Source: Chrysomallon squamiferum (taxonomy: Eukaryota > Animalia > Mollusca). Taken from it: 64,000 nt of DNA. The DNA is taken from contig CM022674.1 in the NCBI GenBank assembly GCA_012295275.1, positions 13,578,001 to 13,642,000 of the forward strand. Reading direction: 5' to 3'. Each line of letters opens with the position of its first letter. The first letter of the stretch is position 1. Positions 13,476 through 25,686 of this stretch are shown here, piece by piece. The notes under the pieces are model-generated. The model had not been told where the DNA came from. It was given only the letters and a program-made list of their open reading frames with translations, and searched no databases. Position numbers and translations under genes: made by a program.

Positions 13476-14304
13476 GAAAACCAAAAAAAAAACAACGCCA
13501 TAACTAATCATAAAAAATTAAAACAGTGAATAGAAAAGCAGTAATTTACTCTGTCGTAGTTACGATGTCTTAAACATAAAACATTTTCTATTTAAGATAT
13601 TTTCAATCAGTCATTCTTTATTTTTACTTCCTCTTTTCCTTCTTTCTTTCTTTCTTTTCTTTTTATTGGTATAAAAATCAGTTCTGGGGAGTATCTAAAC
13701 GATGTCTTCCTTATGACTGTTTTAGTTTATTTGTAGCAGTTCGAATAAATAGTAATACTGCAATGTGTGTGTGTGTGTGTGAATGTATGTGTGTGTATGG
13801 ATGTGTTGTATGTCTGAGTACGGATAACATTGTTTTTGTATGATTTTATGTATGTGTTAACATTTTTATTATTATTATCATCATCATATGTAGTAGTAGT
13901 AGTGAAGCAGAATTTGTAGTAGTAGTAGTAGAAGTAGTAATATTATTATTATTATTATTATTATTATTAGTTGTAGTAGTGTAATAGTACTAGTAGTAGT
14001 ATCAGTACTTTTTTATTATTATTACTAGTAGTAGTAGTAGCTGTTGTTGTTGTTGTTGTAGTAGTACTATATAATATCACAGCTATGAAGGCGTCAGTAA
14101 GCGAATACATATTTACTTTTGTATTCTGTTATTAAAACTGTTCGAGCAAACAAAAACAAGTCAAAATGTTTGCCATTTCGTTATAAAAATGTCCGAGTAA
14201 TCAAAACCGTTTGATAAAACGAATTCAGGTCGCTGGAAATTAGCCGAAGGTAAAACACGGTAGAGAAATAATTAGGTTATGCCTAGAACAGAGGGCGCCT
14301 TTAA

Positions 14305-14590
14305 GAGTCTCGATTGTCGATTTCCTATCAACGTCTTTAACAGCCGAGTCTGTTAGTCTCGGTAATCGTATACTCGGGACGTAACTGTGTCTGCGAGACT
14401 GAGCAAATATCTATTTGTAAAAGAAAGTGCAGTTCAGGTTTCGATTTATTAGCATTTGTATAAGAAATTAACTTCTTTAATAATCCAGACTGCAAGTCTC
14501 GATAAAATAATAGAGCATAATAAACGAGTCTGCGGGTCTCGATCAACGTATACTCTAACATAACTGAGTCGGAAAGTCTCGATAAACTTT
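14305..14590. repeat. Decayed ~40-bp tandem repeat with conserved core GAGTCTGCnAGTCTCGAT
   Basis: Core variants at 14346, 14387, 14427, 14486, 14526 and 14566, plus a partial copy at 14305. Confidence 0.7.
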
Positions 14591-15888
14591 TTCCTTTCGG
14601 TTAATTCAACGCCATTTAAGCGGCCTCACAATACGGAATATACATCACCTCTTGACACGTCTGTATTTGTTGAATAAAAATCAATAATTCGTGATGTTAT
14701 TGACTCTTCCCATGCCAGGTTTTCTTGTAATCTTTGGAAAACTAGATTGTTGTTTGACTCGGAGTTAATTTCAGACATCAACAAGAGATAGAAAAGAAGA
14801 AAAAGTGAAGAGTATAAACGGAGGGTCTTTTCTTAACCGTTAGGTACCTCGGTAAAATAGGATCGCTTATTTAATATAGCTGTTACAGACATTTACTGTG
14901 TAAACTGTGATTGCTGTTGAAATAATTTTAAGAGATATACACACACGTACAGATATCACATTTAAATAGAAGCACGTATATTATATATACAATTGCACAT
15001 TCGCACTCATACTGTCATGCACACATAAATACACGCACGCACACACACACACATACACATGAGAGCGTACGTGCCCACGTACTTACATATAAAAGAAGAT
15101 ACAATTACACAAATACACAAGCGCGCGCACACACACAACACACACACACATTCAGATACAGTTCCACATATACAGACAAGCACATACGTACACACGCACA
15201 AAAGCATAATAAATAAACAAATATCCACAGATACACAAATACATGCACTTTCTCAATTATCCATTACACATATATAGACAAATGCACACCTAAACACACA
15301 TCAACATAAACCACCTCCTACACACACACACACACACACACAGACATACACACAAACATAAACACACACACATACAAATATAGTAACTGACACTACAGTA
15401 TTGTGTAGCAAAATATTTCAAAACATTTCCGCACACGTATTTTCACACACGTATATCCACATGCATATTATTGTTGTTGTTGATGTTATTAATTTGAAAT
15501 TATTGTGTTATTTAAAATAAATAAATACAGTTCTTTTTCAGATGTACATAATACTACTTAATAATAATGTTTTCTTTTCCTTGAATACATTTTACAGACA
15601 CATAAAACAATACTTTATTATTAGGAAACGAATAGGTATCTGTAAAGCCGCTCTCAAATGTGTTATCAGCGACTCTGAGATAATGAGAATTATAACTAAT
15701 AAATCACACCACACTGATATAAAGAAAAAACACATTATTGCTGGCTTATCACTCAATCGTGTAAAGATAAAATAATATTGATAATTCTAGAAAATCGTAT
15801 TTATATACTGAGAAATAAATTACTAAATACATTAATTTTCCAGATAATAAAATGCCACGTGTGTGCACGTGCGTGTTTTATGTGTGTC

Positions 15889-15889
<1 letters not shown>

Positions 15890-15920
<31 letters not shown>

Positions 15921-16356
15921 TGTATGTATGTATATATGTATGTATATATATATGTAGGTATGTGTGTATGTATGTATGTATGTATGTATGTATGTATGTA
16001 TGTATGTATGTATGTATGTATGTATGTATGTATGTATGTATGTATGTATGTATGTATGTATGTATGTATGTATGTATGTTTGTATGTATGTATGTATGTA
16101 TGTATGTATGTATGTATGTATGTATGTATGTATGTATGTATGTATGTATGTATGTATGTATGTATGTATGTATGTATGTATGTATGTATGTATGTATGTA
16201 TGTATGTATGTATATGTATATAAGTAGGTATGTGTGTATCTGTATGTATGTAGATTGTATGTATATGTATATAAGTAGGTATGTATGTATGTATGTATGT
16301 ATGTAGGTAGGTAGGTATGTGTGTATCTGTATGTATGTAGATTGTATGTATATATA

Positions 16357-16389
<33 letters not shown>

Positions 16390-16445
16390 ATATATAAGTA
16401 TGTATGTATATATGTATGTATGTATATAAGTAGGTATGTGTGTAT
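15890..16445. repeat. Long (TATG)n microsatellite with internal higher-order duplication
   Basis: About 300 bp of near-perfect TATG, then a duplicated block GTAGGTATGTGTGTATCTGTATGTATGTAGATTGTATG (~16225 and ~16310). Source of the 262-aa HTYI ORF. Confidence 0.95.
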
Positions 16446-16619
16446 CGATGGATGAATGATGGATGGACTGGTGAACGGATGCAGTGACAGATGGATGTGT
16501 TATAAGAAGGTTTAACAACAGACTGAAATCTGATACCATTAATCTCTTTACATGAACGAATAGTTTTTTTTTTTTTTTCTCACATTTCTCCAAAAACAAA
16601 TCAGAAACCCGACACAACA

Positions 16620-16905
16620 ATCAGGCGACCCGTCTTGATCGATACGTCATAATTGCGGCTGCTTGTTCTCGCTGTGATATTGTTTGGCGCCTTTCGCCTC
16701 GCGCTGTGCTCTCGTCTCGCGCTGTGATCTCGTCTCGCCTTTCGCGAGATGTCGCTTTCTCGGCAACAAAGACGCGTGCAAGTTCTGTATCGAACACATC
16801 TACGCCTCTTTTCCGCTCCCCGCGCAGAGCGTCCGTCGTTCTTTTGTCGCGTCGACATTTCTGTCTGTCAGGTCCGTGATAAACGAGACTGCCTCCAGCA
16901 GAAAA
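16620..16905. promoter_or_regulatory. Strongly CpG-rich unique island
   Basis: Dense CG/CGCG content with a short internal duplication CTCGCGCTGTG(C/A)TCTCGT (~16698-16735). Overlapping ORFs on both strands show no recognisable protein. Confidence 0.3.
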
Positions 16906-17228
16906 CAATGAAAAAAAAAAAAAGAAAAAAAGAAAAGAAGAAACAACTAATATATTTTTACATGTGTTTCGTGCAAAAATGCTGCCAGTAACATGGTTTC
17001 AGCGTATCGGTGGAAATGGTCGTGTTGTTGAAAACTTTGTAACGGTGATGTTACTGTCACGACTACAACGCTGCTACAACAACGACGATGACGACGACAC
17101 GTAATATCACTATTACAGAACAGCTTCTGTTGCTGTACGAGAACCGTTAACGGAGTTACTTAAGTAATGAATAACGAAAAATTTCAAAACGGACATGTTA
17201 AATAGATTTACCATGTATAACTATAAAT

Positions 17229-17264
<36 letters not shown>

Positions 17265-17739
17265 ACAGACACACACACATGCATACATATATACACTAAT
17301 ATATGTACTAATATACATATACATACTAACCTACCTATGTATCTACCCTACCTTCACACATATAGCATATATCATTACAAGTATTAATGAATTTTGTATG
17401 TATACTTATAGACATGCATATTGCTGTACATTCGCTCCCAGCTTGTCACAAAGTTTGGTGTCAACGTGTTACAAATATCAATTGTTTCTTTCAACTAATC
17501 CGCACAGCGCACTAATTAAATCCGGTGCTCAGCAGTGAATGATGACAGCTGGTCATAATTATAAATTAATTCAAGTTTGCGTACGCGACGGACAGGTCAA
17601 ACAATGGCCACTTCTGGTCACTTGAACGCACGTGAAAAACATTCTGGTCTTTGTATGTGTAAGCTCGTTGTTGTTTTTTTTGTTGGTTTTTTTCTGTGTC
17701 CACTTGTTCAGTCAAACATACCAGAGTTCTGGAAGAAAG

Positions 17740-18070
17740 GAAAAGAAGAAGAAGAAGAAGAAAGAAGAGGAGAAGAAAAGAGAAGAGAATAGAAGAAGAA
17801 GAAGAAGAAGAAGAAGAAGAAGAAGAAAAGGTCGAGAAGAAGAAAATTGTGAAAGGAGAAGAAGAAAAAATGAAAACGAAGGAGCAGAAGAAGGAGAAAT
17901 GATGATAACGCAAATCGCAGAAGAAGGAGAAATGATGATAACGCAAATCGAAGAAGAAGGAATGAAGAAAATAAAGAAGAAAAAATAGTAGAAATGAAAG
18001 AAATAGAAGCAGCGTGGAAGAAAATAATTAGGAAAAAGAAAAATATCAATAGAAGAAGAAAAGATGATTG
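17740..18070. repeat. (GAA)n-rich low-complexity tract with a 30-bp tandem duplication
   Basis: (GAA)n runs; GAAGAAGGAGAAATGATGATAACGCAAATC occurs twice (~17888-17950). Confidence 0.85.
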
Positions 18071-19059
18071 TGGTAAAAAAAAAAAAAAAAATGGTAGAAA
18101 AAGAAAAAGAAGAGAATTTCAAAAGTGGAAATTGAAGAGTAAAAACGAAATCAGTTAAAGGCAGAAGACAAAGTTGCTGACGAGGAAGAAGCAGTAGAAA
18201 TTGATGAAGTAGAAAAAGACGATTGTGGCTAATTGAACAGTTTTCACACATTTTGCTTTTTTTACTATGATAATAAACTATTTCTCTTCATAGTAAACAT
18301 TCACATAACCAGAACCTGGAGCGTGTTTATCACGTACATTCAGAAAAACAGACACCAGATACACACAAAATAACAAATGTTTTAACAGTGATCATAAATA
18401 CAGAACAGACAACCCCAACAAAACAAATAAACAACGCAAACATTCATTGAAGTTGGACGGTGTTAATCGGCCTTTAATTGCGTTATTGCAAGTCGGTTAG
18501 TGTGAAACTGGCTTTAATTCGACTACTTTGCAACGGTCGGTTTAAAAATAGAATACCTCTCAAAGCCGAAGCAGTTCAAGATAATAGATTTTTTTTTTTT
18601 TTTTTTTTGTGATTACTGAAAAACAATTCGTTTGCTACAGATAATTGATTCAACGGACATTATCAAGTTTTATGACTTTGTGTGTTTTTTTGCTGAAGTA
18701 AATACGTTTGTTGCACGATTTCAAACGCAGAAGTACAAAATCAATTAACAGTCTAAATTAGTATTGTTCTGTTTTGTTCTCGCTTTCTCAAGGTAAAGGA
18801 ATGGTTTTGTAATTACAGCATTCAAACTGCCAGACCCAGGTAAATACCAAAAACATGCATACAAGCACGCACATGCACACGCTCTTAAACACGCACACAC
18901 TTAAAGTGCACATGGAATCGCGTTTTCGATAAAAACAAAACACTACGTACATATATCAAAACGATTATTTAATCTTCAAAGTTCCAGGAAACAAAAATTA
19001 TTAATATAAGTATTAATCAACAATATTATTAATGATGACGTTATTAACATACGACAAAA

Positions 19060-19316
19060 GCAACAGCAGCAACGATAACCATAGCAACAACATCATCGCC
19101 ACCATCACCAACCACAACAACAACAGTATAAAGAACATCAACAACAACAACAACAACTACATCAAAAACAACAACAACGACAAGAACATCAAAAACAACA
19201 AAAGTACAAAAAACATCAACAACAACAACGACAACTACATCAAAAACAACAACAGTACAAAGAACATCAACAACGACAACGACAACTACATCAAAAACAA
19301 CAACAACAACAGCAGC
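19060..19316. repeat. (AAC)n-derived higher-order repeat
   Basis: The block AACATCAACAAC...ACAACTACATCAAAAACAACAAC occurs three times. Confidence 0.8.
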
Positions 19317-19365
19317 GTATTGGGTGTATTTTTAATCTCGGTTCGACTTCAACTTTTCACGTACA

Positions 19366-19442
19366 ACGTTTCTGACACTACGTTTCTGACACCACGTTTC
19401 TGACACCACGTTTCTGACACCACGTTTCTGACGCCACGTTTT
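19366..19442. repeat. 14-bp tandem repeat ACGTTTCTGACACC, ~5.5 copies
   Basis: Units start at 19366, 19380, 19394, 19408 and 19422, with a partial unit at 19436. Confidence 0.95.
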
Positions 19443-19941
19443 CCTCCGACTGGTGCCCCGAACGTAACGAAGCCGAAATTAAACAATAATCAAAATGACA
19501 CGCGGCAGACGCCATAAACCAATTTGCCGCGTTTCTAATCCTGTCAGCGACCGGCCTGTCCACCCAGTGGCTAACAACCCGATTACGGTTCTTTCAGCTC
19601 CCGCTCTTTCCCTTTCAATACCGTCTGCCTAATTTGCGCGAGCCAGTCAAATTCTCTTCCTTCGTTCTTTCCGGTTTCAATCAGCTCGGACAACCCAACT
19701 CCACTCTTGTCTGCCTACAGACCCGGTTCATCGCGGCTCTTCTACCTACTACGTCTGGAAGTGTCGTGGGGGTGGGGGGGGCCTTTTTTTTTTCTTAAGC
19801 TCAAAACACCAAGACCAGATGATTGGAATGGAATTAGGTTTACTCTTCTCCTTGGACTGCTTTCAGATTGATCTAATAACGTCGTTATGTGATTACGTTG
19901 AAGATTCTCTCGCCGCGGTATCAGACCCCGACTTCGAGTCG

Positions 19942-20088
19942 CGATAAGTCGAATGTAGCACACGTGTTCTTCGATAAGTCGAATGTAGCACGCGTGTTCT
20001 TCGATAAGTCGAATGTAGCACGTGTTCTTCGATAAGTCGAATGTAGCACGTGTTCTTCGATAAGTCGAATGTAGCACGTGCTATTCGA
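19942..20088. repeat. 28/30-bp tandem repeat CGATAAGTCGAATGTAGCAC(AC)GTGTTCTT, ~5 copies
   Basis: Units start at 19942, 19972, 20002, 20030 and 20058. The last unit ends in the palindrome TAGCACGTGCTA. Confidence 0.95.
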
Positions 20089-20535
20089 GCGACGCGTGTG
20101 GTGGTGTGCGGCGAATTACGACCCGTCGCGAAGGTTAGACGTGGAGGGTGGGGGAGGGGGACTGGTTGTTTGCGGTACGCGCCGGTTCTTACTACGCAGA
20201 ACTCCCCGTGCTCCGTCCGTGTTGACTCGCGGAAGAATTAAAAAGAATTAGAGTTATTACACGTCGAATTAGAGTTATTACGCGCAAAGTGAAGAGAAAA
20301 AAAACGTGTGAGATTTCAGTCTGCGTCGCACGTACGTGATCGCTCGGCGGAGCTGGGTTGATGAAGACGTCGACGAAGCGTTGATTATCACGCAACTCGT
20401 CGACGTTGTTTGCTAAATATAAACACGTCACCGCCCATTTTAATTATTTATTTACAAAACTACGAAATTCATGTCTGTACGTTCATAATTTTTCTTCTTG
20501 TTATAAGTCTACTGTACATCAGTAGTAGTAGTAAG

Positions 20536-21180
20536 ATGACAGGAATAAATTGCAATGGATCAAAAGATCTATCCTCTCTAGCGCACCCAGTTAGCATTCC
20601 ATGGCAGGCCATTAGATAATTGATAGGTGTACTACGTAGATCTGTATACAGATCTAATATTAACATATCAGTATTATCCCATCTCAAACAGTATCCTACA
20701 TTTGGATTATCTAACACGATGCTTTCATGTTTATGGGAAAGTTTATGCTCCAAATCGAAAAAGAGTAGCCAATCATATGGCGAAAACGAATTATTATTAA
20801 TTATAGGGGGAGAAAAGTATGTGTATGACTCGATATAATTTAATAATACCTTTTCTGCTTTTTCATCATCATCTTCTTCTTCTTCTTCTTCTTCTTCTTC
20901 TTCTTCTTCACATTCTTTTGAAAAAGGAAGAACACGCTTGTTTAATTCACTATGCCAACAAACATAAAAGCTTCGATACATTCGCAACTGACCAGTTTAA
21001 TGAAATCAGGTCAACCGTATACTGTCAAATCACTAATTTTATTTACTTTATTTACTGTAATAGATTAGATTATATCTTACCTCTCTGTAATAGCTATTTC
21101 TTTGATTACCTTCATTCTGCCTCAATGCGTCACTTTTTAACCCAAACCTATTTCGTTATGGTAAATTATTGCATCCAATT
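20536..21180 (+). mobile_element. Decayed LINE APE-type endonuclease fragment (L1/Tx1-like), interrupted by a (TCT)n insertion
   Basis: Ordered motif remnants across frameshifts: INCNG (20545-20559; cf. LNVNG), VYAPN (20741-20755; cf. NIYAPN), LIIGGE (20797-20814; cf. IIGGDFN) and RLDYIL (21062-21079; cf. RIDYI). The order matches APE endonuclease domains, but spacing is shortened in the first half. Confidence 0.55.
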
Positions 21181-22384
21181 TTCCTTTGTCTCGAAAACCA
21201 TTCTCTGAATATTCCTGTGTCTCCTTTTTTTCTCAAACTTTGTTTTAATACTTTCATTTTTTATAAAATCTGTATTTGTGTTGTTAATTATTATCGACGT
21301 CTTACAATGAGTGTTTATTTTTTAAATCAAAGCATGTTTTGATACGCTTAATGATAGCGAAATCTAACCTAATCTAATAAGTAAACAAATAAAAATCATT
21401 ACCTGGATCATTCATTATAAATACTATACTCATTTAAACACACACACACACACATAATGCACAAACACATATACAAACATAAACACACAAACACATATAC
21501 AAACATAAACACACAAACACATACAAAATAAACACACAAACACACACATATGTACACACAGACACACAGATACACATGCACACACCAAACACGAACGTGC
21601 AAAGAACTCCAAGAAACCAAATAAACAAGAGCAAAACAATATATTCAAAAAAAAAACAATAAACAAGACTTGTCTAAACAAAATAGACATAAACCTCTAC
21701 GACTTAAGCAGATTTTGGACCAAACTCATTTATTTCAGTATTTGTTTTTACCTCATAATGCAAAGATACAGTGACAGATGCCATATTTCATAAAAAGAAG
21801 GTTCTCCAGACTTTTTTGTGTTCGGTTTGACTTTACAGATTCAAAAAAATAATAATAATAAATTTTAATAAATTTAATTACTTAAATAACATAACATAAC
21901 ATAGCATAAATCAAAAAAGAATTAAATAAATAAAATAAATAATTAATTTAAATTTAATTAAAAGAAATTATTAAATCAGACAATCAATCAACAAACAAAT
22001 AAACGAGCAAATAGTAAATAAATAAGTGTATGTGCAACATATGTGTGTTTTGCACAGTTTCACTGAGATATGACAACATTGCTAATGTTTCTGTTTGTTT
22101 ATTAACATGGCTACTGCGTCTCTCAGTTTAAGATGTCAGTTCATCTGTCTGTCTGTCTATCCGCGTTTCTGGTAATCTAAAAAATCATAAAAAAAAAAAC
22201 ATTTTGAAAACTGTACATATGTTAGATCTATTTCAGGTGAATTACTTTTTAGTGTTAAATGTAGTATTTAAGTGTTATGTATTACACGATGTGAGAAATA
22301 CGACAGCAACAGTGAAAATAGCAACAGCATCAGCAACACCAATTAAAAAACCAAAACACGAGAAAAAAACACAAAAATATGAAC

Positions 22385-22385
<1 letters not shown>

Positions 22386-22447
<62 letters not shown>

Positions 22448-22489
22448 TATTATAATAACAACAACAACAACAACAACAAAAACAACAAA

Positions 22490-22524
<35 letters not shown>

Positions 22525-22650
22525 TACTGATAATAATCACGATGATGATGATGATGATGAAAAATATAATAATAAATACGGCAACAGTAACAGTAATAAC
22601 TAATAAACTAACAGCAGTAACAACAACAACAACAACAACAACAACACTAG
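22386..22650. repeat. Compound (AAT)n/(AAC)n/(GAT)n microsatellite
   Basis: Directly visible. Confidence 0.9.
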
Positions 22651-22895
22651 TAGTATTTCAAAATCTTTCAGTTTTCAGTAATTAAATAAAAAATATACTT
22701 ATCTGAAATGAACTGATGTGTATTCACCAGGAAGGAAAAACAAAATCAGAGAAATAAACAACAACAATAACAACTAATAGCCACAAAAAAGTGTTAAAAA
22801 TAATATAAATTACAATTTAAAAATAAACAAATAAATAACGAAAACAAAAAAATAAAAACCAGAAACACAAATGAATATATAAACAAACTAGCAAA

Positions 22896-22929
<34 letters not shown>

Positions 22930-23248
22930 AAATAAATGAATGAATAAAAATACACGTTATAAGTCTACACATACACTGTAGGCAAAGAGTGAAAATAAAC
23001 ACATTTTCATTCATTACGTTATATAATGAAAATCAACGTTCAGTAATGTTCTACTACTGCAAAACGTTAAAAGTTCCAACATCAAAAAGTAATTTGTCCC
23101 GATTTGCGTTTTCCTCATATTCAGCAAACACTAATGGCGTTTTACAGAGAACTTTGCGTATCAGGAAAATTTATCAGTTTAGTAAATCGAACATCTTTTC
23201 TAAGTAATCCCGTCATTCCCTGGGGCCAAACCGTTTCACCCAACTTAC

Positions 23249-23290
23249 CTCCTCTTTAACAATCTCGTCACCAGGCGGCGAAAACAACAT
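23249..23290 (-). CDS. Candidate short exon (42 nt; MLFSPPGDEIVKEE if phase 0); product unknown
   Basis: The minus strand reads TTTTGTCGCCTCCGCTGTTCACAG | ATGTTG...GAGGAG | GTAAGT: pyrimidine-rich acceptor, length divisible by 3, open frame and a perfect donor. No partner exon identified. Confidence 0.25.
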
Positions 23291-23687
23291 CTGTGAACAG
23301 CGGAGGCGACAAAACATCTTCGCGCCATTTTGTCCTTCAGAACTCTTCATGCAGAAGGTACAAAATGTTCCTTTCAGTGTCTTTTGGTTCGCTACGTATT
23401 TAAGTGACAGTTTTGTTCAAGCAGAAATCAGACTTGAAACGGTTCAGTGATAAAACGTGCCAGAAATTACACATACATCAAAACGCAGAAACTTTTATCT
23501 TCTCTCTTCTCTCTCTCTCTTTTTCTAGGTCACTCCCACGCTCCTTCTCTCCCTCTTTCACTATTTCTGACTCTCTGTCTCTCTCTACGTCTCTCTCTTT
23601 CTGCTACCTGAATCTATTTTTATATCTCTTATACCTCCCTCTATCCCCCTTCTCTCTGTCACCCTCATATCTCCCTCTAACCTCCTT

Positions 23688-23821
<134 letters not shown>

Positions 23822-24335
23822 ATCTCGCTCCTCTTTCATTCTGTATGTGTCTCTCTCTTTTTATCTCTCTTTATTTCCTAGGATAATGTTTACTATTAGA
23901 AATCTGCTATATAAGCATGAATATTCATCAACGTACGTCATTGTGTGACAACTTTCCTTCCAGATTATATAAAATGCATGAAGCAAATTTTAAGAAAATC
24001 TATGTACCAAACCACAGCGTCTCCATACACCTTTCATATCTTTCCTTTAATTTCTATCTGTATTCTGTTTGATTGAAATAAAATGACTGATTTAAGAATG
24101 TTTTCTTTTGATTTCACAAGCAGCTGATCTCGCAGCAAACAATTTAAACTTTTAAACAGTTTAAACTTTCATTACGTGCTAATGTCAAAAAGAACAGCGA
24201 CTCGTTCACATTACTTACATTCTTTGTAATTTTCTGTTATTGGATTAGGGAATCACGTGCTTACTTTAACCTGCAGAATGATTGTTTTCTGTTTCTGAGT
24301 GTTCAATAAGATTTCACTTTGCATATGCGAGATTG

Positions 24336-24820
<485 letters not shown>

Positions 24821-25475
24821 TGTATATAATTCATTAATAACACAGAAGATAACGACAATAGCATGAAGTTAATGAAAATGATGATGGCAACAACAAAAAC
24901 AACAGCAACAACAAAAAGAAAAAAGTATGAAAACATTAGCGAAGATTCATGTAAATTCTTATTTTCTAAACGAGAGAAAGAAGCCATTTGCACTGACATC
25001 GTGTGATATCTCAGTGATTACGTTTTCTCTGTATAATTTATTTAAACTAGTTTACAGCCCCACGCTGGTCTAATATACACGCAGGCCGCGAGTTTTTCAC
25101 AGTGCTCATGTACTAAGTAAAAGAGCACGTGACTTAGACATTTTCTATGAAAAAAAAAAAAAAAAAAAAAAAAAAAACGGAAAGAAAGAGAAGTAAAAGA
25201 TTGAGTTAATTGGTATGTGAAATTAAAAGTAACATAAAGGATATTTATAATTTTTATTTTATTTCAGTAGTAGTGGTCGTAATAATCATAATAATAATAA
25301 CTATAATTATTGAAGTTTAAATAATTAAAATAATTATAATAGGAAATTATTTCGGGTTAAAAACCATCGCTTAGATGAAATCCACTTCATAACGCGACGT
25401 TGAATTCAACTGTTTTTTTTAAATATCGTTAATTAAAATAAATTCGTTTTGAAGCAACTTGCTTCATTAGAAGAC

Positions 25476-25686
25476 CCTCCGCCCGTAGATCGAACCCCCC
25501 CTCTGGACATGACCCAGAAATTTACGTCATTCTAACTGTTATAATTATCTGTGAAATAATTAAAATATGTACCCGCTTCAGAGAGAGAGGTTATCCTGCC
25601 TAAATCGTACCCTCTGGATACGACCGATACTTCCAGTGTCTTTTAACTGTCTTTCTGTGTCTGTTAAATAATTAAAATATTACCCT
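25476..25686. repeat. Diverged ~111-bp tandem duplication of unique sequence
   Basis: CTCTGGA at 25501 and 25612, each followed by ...GACC...TAACTGT...TCTGT(G/T)AAATAATTAAAATAT(G)TACCC. Confidence 0.75.

Noticed and set aside
15832-16620. 262-aa HTYI-repeat ORF and similar SLSL/ERER/VCVC/poly-I/N/L ORFs throughout
   Set aside because: Microsatellite translations.
17632-18060. E/K/R-rich ORFs resembling an acidic protein
   Set aside because: (GAA)n low complexity with stops in each frame and no convincing splice context.
19942-20088. CRISPR-like appearance of ~30-bp repeats (also 14305-14590)
   Set aside because: Units are head-to-tail or have related spacers, there are no cas genes, and the context is eukaryotic.
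20469-20987. 172-aa minus-strand ORF with poly-E and protein-like composition
   Set aside because: The poly-E comes from a (TCT)n insertion, and the opposite strand carries ordered LINE endonuclease motifs, so this is best read as an antisense shadow.
25481-25496. CCCGTAGATCGAAC resembling miR-100/miR-10 family
   Set aside because: The seed is incomplete, there is a deletion, the 3' half mismatches and I see no complementary arm; it lies within a diverged tandem duplication.
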